Of a DNA stretch of 64,000 bases, positions 29,165 to 40,306 are shown piece after piece. Position 1 is the stretch's first letter, and the number at the start of each line of letters is the position of its first letter. Under the pieces are notes generated by a model, which ran no database searches, was not told the origin of the DNA, and worked only from the letters and a program-made list of their open reading frames with translations. This stretch comes from Spirochaetia bacterium (lineage in GTDB: Bacteria; Spirochaetota; Spirochaetia; CADAEX01), in the NCBI GenBank assembly GCA_963662265.2, contig CAXXHA010000039.1:1-64000 (forward strand), written 5' to 3'. The position numbers and the translations under genes are program-made.

Positions 29165-30844
29165 ATGTCGTTAAAACTGAATTTAAAAATTATGATTACA
29201 ACTGTTGTTACATCATTTTTTCTTTTTACAGGCCTTTCTGTTTATCAGTACAGTGAGAACAGGAAAAACCTTTACAGGAATTTCGATGTTAATACTGAAA
29301 TAATTATAGACAGACTTCCTGTTTCGCTTGTTTTTCCCATGCATGAATCACACAGGGAACAGATCGAATTTGTTGTCAGCAGTTTAAGAAATATACCTTA
29401 TGTTGAAAGGGTTGTTCTGGATATAGATGAAAAGAATGTATATGATTTTAAAAATAAAAATTTTGATAAGTTTCCTGAAAAAGACCTGGTTATCAAGGAT
29501 CGTAAAATATCATTTGATGATAATATCAACGACCCTGTAGATCTCGGTAATATACAGCTTACATTTTCAACATTCCATATCAGGAAAGAACTGTTCAGAG
29601 AATTTGTCAGTTCTCTTCTGTTTAATTATCTGGTAGCCCTGATTGTTGTTGTTCTTAACGATCTTGTCATAAGCAGGATTGTTGTGCGCCCGATAAAAAA
29701 GACTATTTCCATGCTTAAGAATATTGTTGAAGGAGAGGGGGATCTTACAAAAAGGCTTTCTTCCGATTCAAGAGATGAAATAGGCGAGCTTGTAAATTAT
29801 TTCAATATTTTTACCGAATCTTTGCGGAAAACTGTCTCAAGCATCCGTGATTCGTTTGATAAAACACTTCTTGTTAAAAATGAACTGGGCACAAACACAG
29901 AGGAAACTGTCGCGGCAGTTACACAGATGTCTGCAAATATCAATTCAGCTGCCCAGCAGGTTAAGGGGCTGTCTAAATCGGTCGAAAAATCTTCTTCATC
30001 TGTTACAACCATAGAAGAAAACATCGGAAAAATGACACTTAACATAAAAAAGCAGGCGGAAATTCTGTCAGAAACTTCTGCAGGTATAAATGATTTTATT
30101 GCATCTGTACGTAATATTTCGGAATTAACTGCGACAAAAAAGAATTCCACAGATCTTCTTGTCGGTACCGCATCAGACGGCGGCGAAAAACTTAATGCGT
30201 CTACCGAAATAATATTTCAGATAGAAAAAAATATAGACCAGATACGTGAAATACTGAATATTATTGATAATATTTCGGATCAGACAAATCTTCTCTCAAT
30301 GAATGCTGCAATAGAAGCAGCCCATGCCGGGGATGCTGGAAGGGGTTTTGCTGTCGTGGCAGGCGAGATAAGAAAACTGGCATCCACTTCCGATAAGAAT
30401 TCAAAAGAAATAAGTACAATTCTTTCCGGTATAATTCAGGATATCAATGATGCATCATCGTTAAGCGGCAAGACAAATAATGCTTTCAGGCAGATCGACT
30501 CTGAAGTCAGGATGGTTTCATCTTCTTTTGAAGAGATATCAAATACCATGAATAAGATGGCATCAGAGACTCATCATATTTTAAATACACTGGGAGAACT
30601 TTCCTCTGTTTCCGATGAAGTGCTTAAAAGCACAGAAGTCATGGAGAGTTCCTCTTCAGAACTGATAAACCAGATCAGGCAGGTTGAAGAAATTTCAGAT
30701 ACTGTACTTCAGGCAATGAATGAAATATCGACCGGTACCTCGGAAATAAACAAGGCAATGGTCAATGTTACTGAAATGAACAGTAATCTTGAAGTGACAT
30801 GCGGCAATCTGGAAAATGAAGTGTGTAAATTTAAAATAGAATAA
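29165..30844 (+). CDS. Methyl-accepting chemotaxis protein (TM-sensor-TM-HAMP-MA)
   Basis: GEGDLTKRL...DEIGEL (HAMP); [34 protein letters not shown]. Confidence 0.95.
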   Translation: MSLKLNLKIMITTVVTSFFLFTGLSVYQYSENRKNLYRNFDVNTEIIIDRLPVSLVFPMHESHREQIEFVVSSLRNIPYVERVVLDIDEKNVYDFKNKNFDKFPEKDLVIKDRKISFDDNINDPVDLGNIQLTFSTFHIRKELFREFVSSLLFNYLVALIVVVLNDLVISRIVVRPIKKTISMLKNIVEGEGDLTKRLSSDSRDEIGELVNYFNIFTESLRKTVSSIRDSFDKTLLVKNELGTNTEETVAAVTQMSANINSAAQQVKGLSKSVEKSSSSVTTIEENIGKMTLNIKKQAEILSETSAGINDFIASVRNISELTATKKNSTDLLVGTASDGGEKLNASTEIIFQIEKNIDQIREILNIIDNISDQTNLLSMNAAIEAAHAGDAGRGFAVVAGEIRKLASTSDKNSKEISTILSGIIQDINDASSLSGKTNNAFRQIDSEVRMVSSSFEEISNTMNKMASETHHILNTLGELSSVSDEVLKSTEVMESSSSELINQIRQVEEISDTVLQAMNEISTGTSEINKAMVNVTEMNSNLEVTCGNLENEVCKFKIE

Positions 30845-30857
30845 AAGGCCTGTTATC

Positions 30858-31205
30858 TCAGACCGTAATTATTTCATATCCCTTTTCAATATAGGATGAA
30901 ATTGACGGATGCCCGTAAAGATCATTTCCGATCGGAAGCCCCTCTTTTTTTGCATCCTCAAGAGTTCCCATCTTGTGGGCGCATGCCTGGCATACTGCAT
31001 CAATTACCCCTTTTTCCTTGAGGTTTATGTATAATTTCTGAAACGGATTTTTATCAGTCCCAAGAACAGGTATCAGTTTCGTAGAGCTTCCTTCAATAAT
31101 GATTTTCACATCATATCCTTTATTAATCATATCCTCTGCATTGAAAAGTATATGGGCGAAACACATCATTTCTCCGGTAAATCCGAAATAGGCGATTTTT
31201 TTCAT
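30858..31205 (-). CDS. DsrE/DsrF-like protein
   Basis: MCFAHILFNA, IIIEG, VCQACA, GHPSI...GYEII. Start re-assigned to ATG 31205. Confidence 0.78.
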   Translation of the reverse strand: MKKIAYFGFTGEMMCFAHILFNAEDMINKGYDVKIIIEGSSTKLIPVLGTDKNPFQKLYINLKEKGVIDAVCQACAHKMGTLEDAKKEGLPIGNDLYGHPSISSYIEKGYEIITV

Positions 31206-31364
31206 ATTTTTAACTCCTCTCATTTAAGATATATAATATAGGATTTATAAGATAAAGTGTATGAGGAAATTTGAAAATATCCGGAAATGCAGAAATACAA
31301 AGCATTAAAAAAAGTTACTGATATCCATGTTTAAAGATACTCAATAATTTTACTGCTTTCATGA

Positions 31365-33149
31365 TTATTCAGTTTTTAAAGAAAAAATATTCAGCTGATT
31401 CTTTTTACCCCTGATCTGAACACTTCCGAGATTTTCTGTTGGGTAATTATCTGATAAAGCTTCTGCCACATCTTCGCTGAATAATACAGGCTTATTGTAT
31501 TCTTTTGTAAGGTGCTCAAGTCTTGATGCTGTGTTTACTGTATCTGAAATTACCGTGCTTTCGATTCTTTCGTTTTCACCGATTATCCCGAGCATTGTTT
31601 TACCTGTGTGAATCCCTATTCCTGCCTTGATTTCAGGGAAGTTTTTATGCTTTTCATTATGAATGATAATTGTTTCCTGTATCTCAATTGCTGCTTCAAC
31701 TGCATTCCCGGGATTGTCGGGAAACAGCGCCATTATTGCGTCTCCTATATATTTGTCAATAAATCCGTTGTGTTTTCTTATTACAGGTCCGATCTGGTTC
31801 AGATAACTGTTAAGATAGTTGAATATTTCCTGGGGTTCCATTTTTTCACTTATTGCTGTAAATGATCTTATATCGCTGAAGAGTACAGTTATTTTTTTTT
31901 CTATCTGGTCACCAAGTTTTATCTGTGTAATATCTTCCTTGGATAAAAATTTTAAAAATTCTTCAGGAACAAATTTTCTGAAAATAATATTCTGATCCTT
32001 AATTCTTTTATCCTGCCTGAGGTAGGATGTTACCGGGACAAGCGCTATGAATGAATAAAACAGAAGAAGTCCTGTGTTGAATACTATATCTGTCACAAAA
32101 GCTCCAAAGACAAATTCCAGCTGGGATAAATATGTAACAGCAAGTGTAATGAATGCAAGTCTGAAATATTTTGAAGGATATATATTTTTGATTTCAATAG
32201 ACATGTGAAGCCATATAATCAGGTATTCAATTCCCGGATAAACAAAGGAAATTACTTCTCTGAGAGGCAGCAGTATTCCTGCAATGTTACAGATGAAATT
32301 CAGTATGATAATTATTATGTTGCCGGAAATGAGTATTTTAAAAATAGTAAGCCATGATTTTTCAAAAACCGCTATGTAAAGAAGAAGAATCAGCAGAGAA
32401 AGACTGTCAAACGCAATCATTTCTATTGTTTCCTTGAGCAGGGGAATTACAGGAATAAAAGTGGGTATAATATCTGTAGACAATAAATGGAAAACAGACA
32501 ACAGGATTGAGAACAGGGAAAACAGTAATATGTAAATGTAGTTTCTGTTCCTGCTGATGAAATAAAAAATTATTCCAAGCAGCCCGATTACCATTATGCT
32601 TAAAGATACAACAAAATCCAATCCTTCATTTATAAACGGATATAAGGCAAATTTTCCCGGGTTTTTTCTGTGGATTTCTGTATCTGTAATATAAATAGTA
32701 AATGAACCGTATATTGAAGTATTTGATCTTATCAGTACAGTATCTCCTGACTCATATCCTGTAAGGGGAATAAAGCTGTATTTGAATTTATTAATATCAT
32801 TTTTATCTGAATAGTGTTTTACACCGTTCAGATCTGTTTCAAACCAGTGTCCGTGAAGCTGCAGAACAAGCATCGGATTTTCTATTTTATAACTGTTATC
32901 CTCCCCGATTAAAGTAAAATCCGGAATTTTCAGTCTTATAAAGAAGCTGTCATTCTCTGCAAAATCACTGGAATCTGCTTCTTCAAAAACTGTCCATCCC
33001 CCTTTTTCTGTATAACCGGGCTGTGGATTAAAAGACAACTCATATTCATCTTCATCAAATTCCCATGATTCAAGAAACTGTATAAATTCCAGGGTATATA
33101 TATTCTGAATTACCGCAGTAAGGAACAGAAACAGAAATATTTTTTTCAT
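31365..33149 (-). CDS. Class III adenylate/guanylate cyclase with extracellular sensor and 7TM region
   Basis: VLFSDIRSFT, DKYIGDAIMA, GIGIHTG, ISDTVNTASRLE; signal peptide from ATG 33149 and multiple TMs. Confidence 0.92.
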   Translation of the reverse strand: MKKIFLFLFLTAVIQNIYTLEFIQFLESWEFDEDEYELSFNPQPGYTEKGGWTVFEEADSSDFAENDSFFIRLKIPDFTLIGEDNSYKIENPMLVLQLHGHWFETDLNGVKHYSDKNDINKFKYSFIPLTGYESGDTVLIRSNTSIYGSFTIYITDTEIHRKNPGKFALYPFINEGLDFVVSLSIMVIGLLGIIFYFISRNRNYIYILLFSLFSILLSVFHLLSTDIIPTFIPVIPLLKETIEMIAFDSLSLLILLLYIAVFEKSWLTIFKILISGNIIIIILNFICNIAGILLPLREVISFVYPGIEYLIIWLHMSIEIKNIYPSKYFRLAFITLAVTYLSQLEFVFGAFVTDIVFNTGLLLFYSFIALVPVTSYLRQDKRIKDQNIIFRKFVPEEFLKFLSKEDITQIKLGDQIEKKITVLFSDIRSFTAISEKMEPQEIFNYLNSYLNQIGPVIRKHNGFIDKYIGDAIMALFPDNPGNAVEAAIEIQETIIIHNEKHKNFPEIKAGIGIHTGKTMLGIIGENERIESTVISDTVNTASRLEHLTKEYNKPVLFSEDVAEALSDNYPTENLGSVQIRGKKNQLNIFSLKTE

Positions 33150-33581
33150 GAGTATAATTCTAATTCCCTGGAAAGCATTTTTCCATTGATAAGCAATAAT
33201 ATTTACGGAACTGAAAATCATCCCAGTCATTGCTTTTGAGATGGGAAATAAATATCTGTCAATAGACGATGTTTGCAGGGGTAGCCTTTAGTGTCTTCAT
33301 GTCTGTAAATAATACAACTTGCCGGAGATTGTTTCTTTATTCATGACAAATGATAAATCACCTGATCTGTGATATATTATAAGGGAATCGTTTAAACTAT
33401 GTTTTTTTGCATTATTATATTCCGGTTCGGATTATAGACTTCTGTGTGATAATAATTCCTGTCTCTACATGATGGCTGGCAAGGTAGCCGGGGGTAAAGG
33501 CAAATCAATTCATTATTATATAAGACTAAGCAACTATGCAGAAGCTGAAAAAATACAGCCGCTGGAAAGGAGGGTTATATC

Positions 33582-34280
33582 ATGGATACAGGTAAAGCAG
33601 TGATTGATATAGAATTTTCTGAAGAACTGAAAAAACAATACAGTAATGCCTCTATAGGTATTTTGCTTTTAAATAATATTACTAATAACGACCCCGGAGA
33701 CAGGCTTGGAAAAGTGAAGTCAGAAGTTGAAGCCTCCCTGATCAGCCGGTATTCAGATATGGAAAGGGATGAAATAAGTAAAAATCCGGTTCTTTCGGCA
33801 TACCGTGAATATTACAGGAAGTTCAAAAAAACATACCACCTGCTTCTCCAGCTTGAATCTGTGGCCAGGAAAGGAAGGGGGTTTCCTTCTGTAAATCCGC
33901 TTGTTGATTCATGTTTTGTCGCGGAAATGAAGACACTTGTTTTAACGGCAGGGCATGATGCAGATCTTCTTTCAGGAACTGTTGTTTTTGATATAAGCAC
34001 TTCCCGTGATGAATTTCCACAGATAAACGGCAGGAGCATTGTTCTCAAAGCTGATGATATGATAATGAAAAGTGGCGGTAGAAATGTCTGTTCAGTCATC
34101 TACGGTCAGGACAACAGCACTGTACTCAGCCGGGAGACTGTAAATGCGTTGTATGTATCATATGCTCCTGAAGGGGTGGATGAAAGCATTGTAAGTGAGA
34201 ACCTGGATTTTATCGAATACTGCGTCAGCCTTTTTTCCCCTTTATCAGAGACTTTACAGAAAAATGTTTACAGGTTTTAA
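33582..34280 (+). CDS. Stand-alone B3/B4 (PheRS-beta editing-like) domain protein
   Basis: AYREYYRKF, FPSVNPLVD, AGHDAD; strong SD aggagg. Confidence 0.8.
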   Translation: MDTGKAVIDIEFSEELKKQYSNASIGILLLNNITNNDPGDRLGKVKSEVEASLISRYSDMERDEISKNPVLSAYREYYRKFKKTYHLLLQLESVARKGRGFPSVNPLVDSCFVAEMKTLVLTAGHDADLLSGTVVFDISTSRDEFPQINGRSIVLKADDMIMKSGGRNVCSVIYGQDNSTVLSRETVNALYVSYAPEGVDESIVSENLDFIEYCVSLFSPLSETLQKNVYRF

Positions 34281-34284
34281 AAAA

Positions 34285-34914
34285 TTACCTGTCTCTTGAA
34301 ATCAGATTACCAAACTCATTTTCAGCTGTTTCTGTCATATAGGGTTTAAGTATCATCAGGTAATTCAGATATCCTTCAGAGACACTCTCATCAGTTATTT
34401 CCCTGTTGTCTGATTTCAGAAAACTTGTCCTGAAATCGCTTATTATCCAGAGGACTTCAGAGATATATCTGTATTCATCCGAAGAGGTGAATCCTTTTTT
34501 CAGAAACCCTTTTCCCTCCATGTTTTTAAAAAGAAGCATTAATATTTCTTTTTTTGATATGAAATTCTCAAAATATATTTTCTTAAGCTCCCGGTCACGG
34601 TCAAGCAGTATTGAAATTTCTGTATAGAAAAACCTGTATTTATAGTAGAGCCGGAACAGGTTTCTGAGGTTTTCTTCAATATCGCTGAAACTTTCAATTT
34701 CATAAAAACCGCTAATTACTGATGAGAATTCTTCAGTAATCAGGTTGAATACGTCCCTGATTATCTGCTCCTTGTTCCTGTAGTGGTAATAGAATGTTCC
34801 GGGGCTGATTTTCAGCTTATCAATTATATGGTTTGTAGTGATACTGTGAGACCCCTTTTCATTGAAAAGTGAAACTGCCGTGTCTGTTATCCTTTTTTTC
34901 ATGTTCTTTTTCAT
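34285..34914 (-). CDS. TetR/AcrR-family regulator
   Basis: AVSLFNEKG...TTNHI...ISPGTFYYHYRNKEQI. Confidence 0.92.
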   Translation of the reverse strand: MKKNMKKRITDTAVSLFNEKGSHSITTNHIIDKLKISPGTFYYHYRNKEQIIRDVFNLITEEFSSVISGFYEIESFSDIEENLRNLFRLYYKYRFFYTEISILLDRDRELKKIYFENFISKKEILMLLFKNMEGKGFLKKGFTSSDEYRYISEVLWIISDFRTSFLKSDNREITDESVSEGYLNYLMILKPYMTETAENEFGNLISRDR

Positions 34915-34925
34915 ATGTTGAAATA

Positions 34926-35989
34926 TTACCTGTAAACAATTATATCATCAATAGATATTCTTCTGCTTGAAGGCTCTGGGTATTTTTTTACATATCCTGT
35001 TCTCAGTATAAGCTGGACCTTCTCATCATCTGCTGTCCTTCTCAAGCTGCTTATATCAATCATTCTCTCCTGAACAGCCTGGTTCATCGGGTGCACTGCA
35101 ATATTCATGCCTGTGCATTTCAGCCAGAAACGCTGCATCAGCCTGCCTGCTTTTATTAGGCTTTCTTCTGAATCATCTCTTGAAGTGATAACTGTGAATC
35201 CTGCACAGTTGTCAAGCTGCTTTTTGAAAACACCTTCTGTCTTGTTTCTGAATGATTTTTTCATGGCAGTTTTTTCATTGAAGAAAAGATAGATTATATT
35301 TTTCATCAGCCCTCTGAACCCCATCATCTCAGGTGTTATCCCGTCCGGAGAACTGTTTCTCTCTTTTTTGAAAACCTCATCCACTCAGACAATTCTTTCT
35401 GCTTCCTGTCATTATCTGTCTGAAGAACAGCAGCCTCAATAGTCTTATTCCTGATATAATTCCCCTCAGTGCTTTTACGGGGATAGAAATAAAGTGATCC
35501 GCTGCTGTATGAGAGTATCTGTTTCAAGTCATTTTCCCTGATTTCATTTTTCCTGAATTTGCTTCTTATTGTGCCTCTTTTTTTTAGGAGTTCAGATATT
35601 CCGGTATCTTGTTTACTGCATGGAGTAAACTTTATTTCTGTAATCATACCGCTCTCTTCTGTTTTCAGAATTTCGGCTGACAGTGAGAATTCTCCGGAAA
35701 CGGAAATTATATTTTCTATCAGGGCTCCAATACTCATATAAGCTTCTCTGTTTTTAGGATCTGTTTCTCTAAGCAGTCTTGACTCATCAAGCATGATGCC
35801 GATTCTCATATCGCCCCGGTAACAGATTTTCCACATCTGGGCATTGTGGGAGCTTGGAGCCCGCAGTGAAAGCTGAAGCAGCTTTTTCAGGTTTTCTGGG
35901 ATTACTGCCCGGTTTTCCAGCCCGGATATAGAATTTGCATAAACCAGCGCTGCCGCAAGCATGGCAAAAGATAAAATATTTCTTTTCAT
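34926..35989 (-). CDS. Acg-type FMN nitroreductase family protein with signal peptide, split by a frameshift near 35365
   Basis: APSSHNAQMW, TDPKNRE...SIGALIEN in the N-half; AGRLMQRFWL...IAVHPMNQ, RTGY in the C-half. One extra A in the A6 run joins them (WMRFSKKERNSSPDG). Confidence 0.8.
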
Positions 35990-36056
35990 ATCAGTCTCCT
36001 TTATTGGACGCCTCCCTGTTATTCCGATTATTCAGGAAGGTTGCTTATTAATATGT

Positions 36057-36108
36057 CGAATATATATTCGTTTAAGTAATTATCGTCGAGTATATATTCG
36101 ATTGTCAA
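36057..36108 (-). promoter_or_regulatory. Promoter of the nitroreductase-tetR operon with two palindromic operators
   Basis: Perfect palindrome cgaatatatattcg (36057-36070) and tcgagtatatattcga (36086-36101), 30 bp apart. Minus-strand TTGACA at 36108-36103 and GATAAT at 36084-36079. Confidence 0.72.
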
Positions 36109-36162
36109 GAGCTGGTTCATGCAATTGATGAAAAAAAGGGTAAATTATATAGTTGACATAAG

Positions 36163-37029
36163 ATGGCTGAATATATACAGGCAAAATCACTGGTATCAAG
36201 GTTTAAAAACGATCCTTATTTCGGGCTCAAATACAATATTAATCTCTACAGGGGGTGTCAGCACGGCTGTATATACTGTGATTCAAGGAGTGAATGCTAC
36301 AGGCTGGGAGATCTTTCCAGGATACGGATAAAAGAAAATGCTCTTGATCTGCTTGCAGGGGAACTTTCAAAAATAAGGGAAAAAGGAACAATCGGTACAG
36401 GCAGCATGAATGATCCCTATATGTCTGTGGAAAAACAAACCAGGCTTACTTCCGGTGCGCTTGATATTATAGGCCACTACAGGTTCCCGGTTCATGTAAT
36501 CACTAAAAGCGATCTTGTTGTGAGGGATATAGAAAAGCTGAGATCAATCGGAAAAGTATATTCTGCCGTCTCTGTTACTGTTACAGCAGCTGATGATTCT
36601 CTTGCTTCTGTTCTTGAACCGAATGCTCCGCCCCCTTCAAGACGTTTTGATGCAGTTAAAAAGTTATCGGAATCAGGTATTTATACTGGAATAGTTTTAA
36701 CCCCGGTACTTCCTTTTATTACTGATTCAGCTGAAAACATTGAAAAAATTCTGCTTTATGCCAGTGAGTCAGGAGCTTCATATGTCCTTTTCTATCCGTC
36801 AGTGACACTGCGTGATGTCCAGAGGGAGTATTATTTAAACAGGCTTGATACAAGTTTCCCGGGACTAAGGGAAAAATATGAGAGATATTTCGGAAATAAT
36901 TATAACTGCATGGCTCCTGATCACAGATCTTTGAGCAGTTTTTTTTACAGTACAGCCGGGAAGCTGGGACTTGATACAGAAATGAAGTTTTTCAGGAGCC
37001 CCTCAGCTTCCCAGCTTGAACTGTTCTGA
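36163..37029 (+). CDS. Radical SAM protein, spore-photoproduct-lyase-like (Rv2578c-type)
   Basis: NLYRGCQHGCIYCD, GSMNDPY, ITKSDLVVRD, LEPNAPPPSRR. Confidence 0.9.
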   Translation: MAEYIQAKSLVSRFKNDPYFGLKYNINLYRGCQHGCIYCDSRSECYRLGDLSRIRIKENALDLLAGELSKIREKGTIGTGSMNDPYMSVEKQTRLTSGALDIIGHYRFPVHVITKSDLVVRDIEKLRSIGKVYSAVSVTVTAADDSLASVLEPNAPPPSRRFDAVKKLSESGIYTGIVLTPVLPFITDSAENIEKILLYASESGASYVLFYPSVTLRDVQREYYLNRLDTSFPGLREKYERYFGNNYNCMAPDHRSLSSFFYSTAGKLGLDTEMKFFRSPSASQLELF

Positions 37030-37156
37030 AATCCGGTTCATATAATTTCTTCTTCCATCTGACAGAACTATCGAATTCCCTTAGATTCATATTTTACGTG
37101 CTTTTTTAAAATATTCCTGAAATCCGGTAAAAATATTTCTGTCTGGTATAAAATAA

Positions 37157-38044
37157 CTACTTTTTCCTGATTACAGGAATATAGATATCCACCTCGCAGT
37201 TTTCATCGCCTGTAACCCGCTCATCATAATATTCAAACTCAGGTGTATCTGACCTGACATAATCCGAGTTCTGAAGCCATTCCCCGTATATATATCCGAC
37301 CATATTCTGAACAGAGGAGGGGATTTTTCCTTTTGCAGTGAAAACAGCATATTCTGCTTCAGGAATTGTTTTTGCAATAAGTCCGGGAGGAATATTTTCA
37401 TGAGAAGTAACTTCATAAGCGATAATATATGCAAAAGTTCCTTCTGCAAAATTGTAATCATCACAAATCCCGTAACATACTTTCATGTCTTTTTTGGCAG
37501 GTATTTTATCGGCAGTTTTTTCACTCATAAACTGGTCCCAGAACTGCGGTATCTGCTTGAAATTGCTTCCGTCTACCGTACATGTATTAAGCTGGGCTCC
37601 TATAATTTTAATTTCTCCCATTTTTTTAATGACAGGTTCCATTGACTGTATCTCCCTTGTATCTGTTTTAAGGATTTTTTCAACATCAAGCCGTTCAAGC
37701 GCCATTGTGTAGACATTGTTTTTCCGGTATTTTCCCGGAGTAACGCTGTATTCATTTTTAAATGCCCGGGTAAATGATTCCTGTGATTCATACTGAAGAT
37801 CCATTGCAATATCTATGATTCTCTTTCCTGTATAAAGCAGCTGATATGCAGCACTGGTAAGTCTTCTTTTTCTTGCATACTGCATTACACTGTAGCCTGA
37901 AATCATCATGAAAAGACGGTGGAAATGATAAAGCGAGCAGTTTGCAATTTCCGCGGCATCTTCAACCCTGAAATTATCAAACAGCCTTGTTTCAATATAG
38001 TCCACAGCAAGCTGTATCCGGGAGATGTTGTTGTTTTCCTTCAT
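37157..38044 (-). CDS. AraC-family regulator with GyrI-like effector domain
   Basis: SLYHFHRLF, IIDIAMDLQYESQESFTRAFK, IPQFW, YAVF, EFEYYDER...IYIPV. Confidence 0.92.
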   Translation of the reverse strand: MKENNNISRIQLAVDYIETRLFDNFRVEDAAEIANCSLYHFHRLFMMISGYSVMQYARKRRLTSAAYQLLYTGKRIIDIAMDLQYESQESFTRAFKNEYSVTPGKYRKNNVYTMALERLDVEKILKTDTREIQSMEPVIKKMGEIKIIGAQLNTCTVDGSNFKQIPQFWDQFMSEKTADKIPAKKDMKVCYGICDDYNFAEGTFAYIIAYEVTSHENIPPGLIAKTIPEAEYAVFTAKGKIPSSVQNMVGYIYGEWLQNSDYVRSDTPEFEYYDERVTGDENCEVDIYIPVIRKK

Positions 38045-38265
38045 GGAGATATCCTATCAGTATTTAAATATCACTTTTTGATATTTTGTGCTTTTTTAAA
38101 AGGTTGATAAAGTAATCTGCTGTGAAATCATTATTTCAATAACAGCTTTCTGTCTAAGAATAATAGGTTTGAAAACGGTAGACAATGGTTTTTTATATTT
38201 AAAATATGATAGTGGACAATAAGTATATATTTAAAGTATCATTTATAAAAACTTTGGAAGTAATA

Positions 38266-38916
38266 ATGGAAAGAATGAAGACAATCAAGGAACAGGTCTA
38301 TGAAAAGTTAAAAAGTGATATTCTTAACGGGACTTACAAGCCTGGCGAACGTATACAGGAACTGAAGATTGCTAAAAAACTGAATGTCAGCAGATCTCCG
38401 GTTCGTGAGGCTATAAAGGAACTTATCGGTGAAGGGCTGCTTGTAAGTGTCCCTAATAAAAGCATAACTGTAAAAAAGCTGAGTGTTAAAGAAATTAAAG
38501 ATATTTTTGATTTCAGGAATATTACAGAAAAATATGCAATAGAAAAAACTATAGATAACCTGGACGACAGAATAATAAAAAGACTTGAATCAATTAAATC
38601 TGATTTCAAGAAACTGTATGAGGATGATGATCTTCACAGATACTGCAAGGTAGATTCCGAATTTCATAATTACCTTATCAAATCATCGGGTAATGCTCTG
38701 CTTCACCAGGTTGTAAGCAATGTTATGGCTCTTATTGAGCAGTTCCGTGTTATTTCTCTCAGCAGTAATCAGCGTTTTGAAGAATCAATTGACGAACATG
38801 TGACAATAATTGACAGTATCCTTAAGAAAGATAAAAAAAATGCATGCTCTGTATGTATCCGCCATCTCGATCTTGCCAAGGATGAAATCATTTCCTATCT
38901 GAATAATAAAAAATAA
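38266..38916 (+). CDS. GntR-family regulator (FCD domain)
   Basis: YKPGERIQE..IA..LNVSRSPVREAI, DSEFH, EH..II. Start re-assigned to ATG 38266. Confidence 0.92.
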   Translation: MERMKTIKEQVYEKLKSDILNGTYKPGERIQELKIAKKLNVSRSPVREAIKELIGEGLLVSVPNKSITVKKLSVKEIKDIFDFRNITEKYAIEKTIDNLDDRIIKRLESIKSDFKKLYEDDDLHRYCKVDSEFHNYLIKSSGNALLHQVVSNVMALIEQFRVISLSSNQRFEESIDEHVTIIDSILKKDKKNACSVCIRHLDLAKDEIISYLNNKK

Positions 38917-38950
38917 ATAAATAAAAAAATACGCATTAGCTGGAATTGTC

Positions 38951-38990
38951 TTGACAACTTTATTATGTATAATGTATACATTATACATAA
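38951..38990 (+). promoter_or_regulatory. larA-operon promoter with a perfect 28-bp palindromic operator
   Basis: TTGACA at 38951. ttatgtataatgta|tacattatacataa (38963-38990), with a TGTATACA core, covers the -10 region. Confidence 0.75.
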
Positions 38991-39025
38991 TAAAGTATGC
39001 AAATAAGATAATTACGGAGTCAGCT

Positions 39026-40303
39026 GTGAAAAAAAGCTTTAAATTACCCTATGACAACAGATTCCTTCAGCTGGAACTTGAAGAGTCTCAACTGGCTGGA
39101 GTTTTAACAGCAAATCATGCTCATGGCGGGGCAGACAAATCAGAAACTGATATTGTAAAAGACGCACTTGCAAACCCTGTCTCTTCACCCCGCTTATCCG
39201 AACTGTCAGCCGGAAAGAATAAAATTGTCTTAATTACAAGCGATCATACAAGGGCAGTTCCCAGTGCAATAACCATGCCTCTTATTCTTGAAGAAATCAG
39301 AAAAGGTAATTCTGATGCTGATATAACTGTACTTGTTGCTACCGGTCTGCACCGGGGTATGACTGATGATGAGAAGAAAGATAAATTCGGAATTGAAATA
39401 TATAAGAATGAAAAAATCATAAACCATGATGCTGATGACAGGGAAAACCTTGTTTATCTCGGAGATCTGCCGTCTGGAAGCAAGTGCGAGATAAACAGGA
39501 TTGCCTATGAGGCAGATCTTGTCATTGCGGAGGGATTTATTGAGCCCCATTTTTTTGCAGGTTTTTCAGGCGGAAGAAAAAGCATACTTCCGGGAATTGC
39601 GTCAAAAGAGTGTGTTAATATCAACCATTCTTCTGTTGCAATTGCAAGCAGCAAGGCAAGAAACGGTGTTCTTGATGGAAATCCCATACATGAAGATATG
39701 GTCAGGGCTGCAGAGCTTGCAAATCTCTCCTTTATCCTGAATGTGCTTCTCGATGAAAACAAGAAAATAATTGCTGCCTATTCAGGCAACTTTAAAAAGG
39801 CTCATAAGAAGGGATGTGAACATCTTATGGGTATGTGTTCCGTGAAAGCGGTTAAATCAGATATTGTCATAACAACCAACGGGGGATATCCGCTTGACCA
39901 GAACCTTTACCAGTGTCCCAAGGGGCTTGCTGCTGCAGCTGACTGTGTAAATGATGACGGAATAATAATTCTCGCGGCTGGCTGCAAGGATGGTCTGGGA
40001 GGTGAGAACTTCGGATCTATGATGCTGAAGGGGACACCGGAAGAACTGATGGAAATGGTTCTTTCCATTGAGCCTGAAAAAACAATTTCAGAACAGTGGT
40101 GTGTTCAGAGATTTGCCGAACAGCTTATGAAAACAAAAATCATCCTTGTAACCGAGTACCTTGATAAGGAACTGGTTGAAAGGATGAAGTTTATACATGC
40201 TTCAAATTTAACTGAAGCTCTTGAAAAAGCATACAAAATTAAAGGTCATGACTCAAAGATAACAGTAATACCTGACGGTGTTGCTGTAATAACCAGGAGG
40301 TAG
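39026..40303 (+). CDS. larA: LarA-family nickel-pincer-dependent 2-hydroxyacid racemase/epimerase
   Basis: SDHTRAVP, ATGLHR, NHD, IEPHFFAGFSGGRKSILPG, GGYPLDQNLYQ..K, IPDG. GTG start at 39026 after ggag. Confidence 0.9.
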   Translation: MKKSFKLPYDNRFLQLELEESQLAGVLTANHAHGGADKSETDIVKDALANPVSSPRLSELSAGKNKIVLITSDHTRAVPSAITMPLILEEIRKGNSDADITVLVATGLHRGMTDDEKKDKFGIEIYKNEKIINHDADDRENLVYLGDLPSGSKCEINRIAYEADLVIAEGFIEPHFFAGFSGGRKSILPGIASKECVNINHSSVAIASSKARNGVLDGNPIHEDMVRAAELANLSFILNVLLDENKKIIAAYSGNFKKAHKKGCEHLMGMCSVKAVKSDIVITTNGGYPLDQNLYQCPKGLAAAADCVNDDGIIILAAGCKDGLGGENFGSMMLKGTPEELMEMVLSIEPEKTISEQWCVQRFAEQLMKTKIILVTEYLDKELVERMKFIHASNLTEALEKAYKIKGHDSKITVIPDGVAVITRR

Positions 40304-40306
40304 AAA

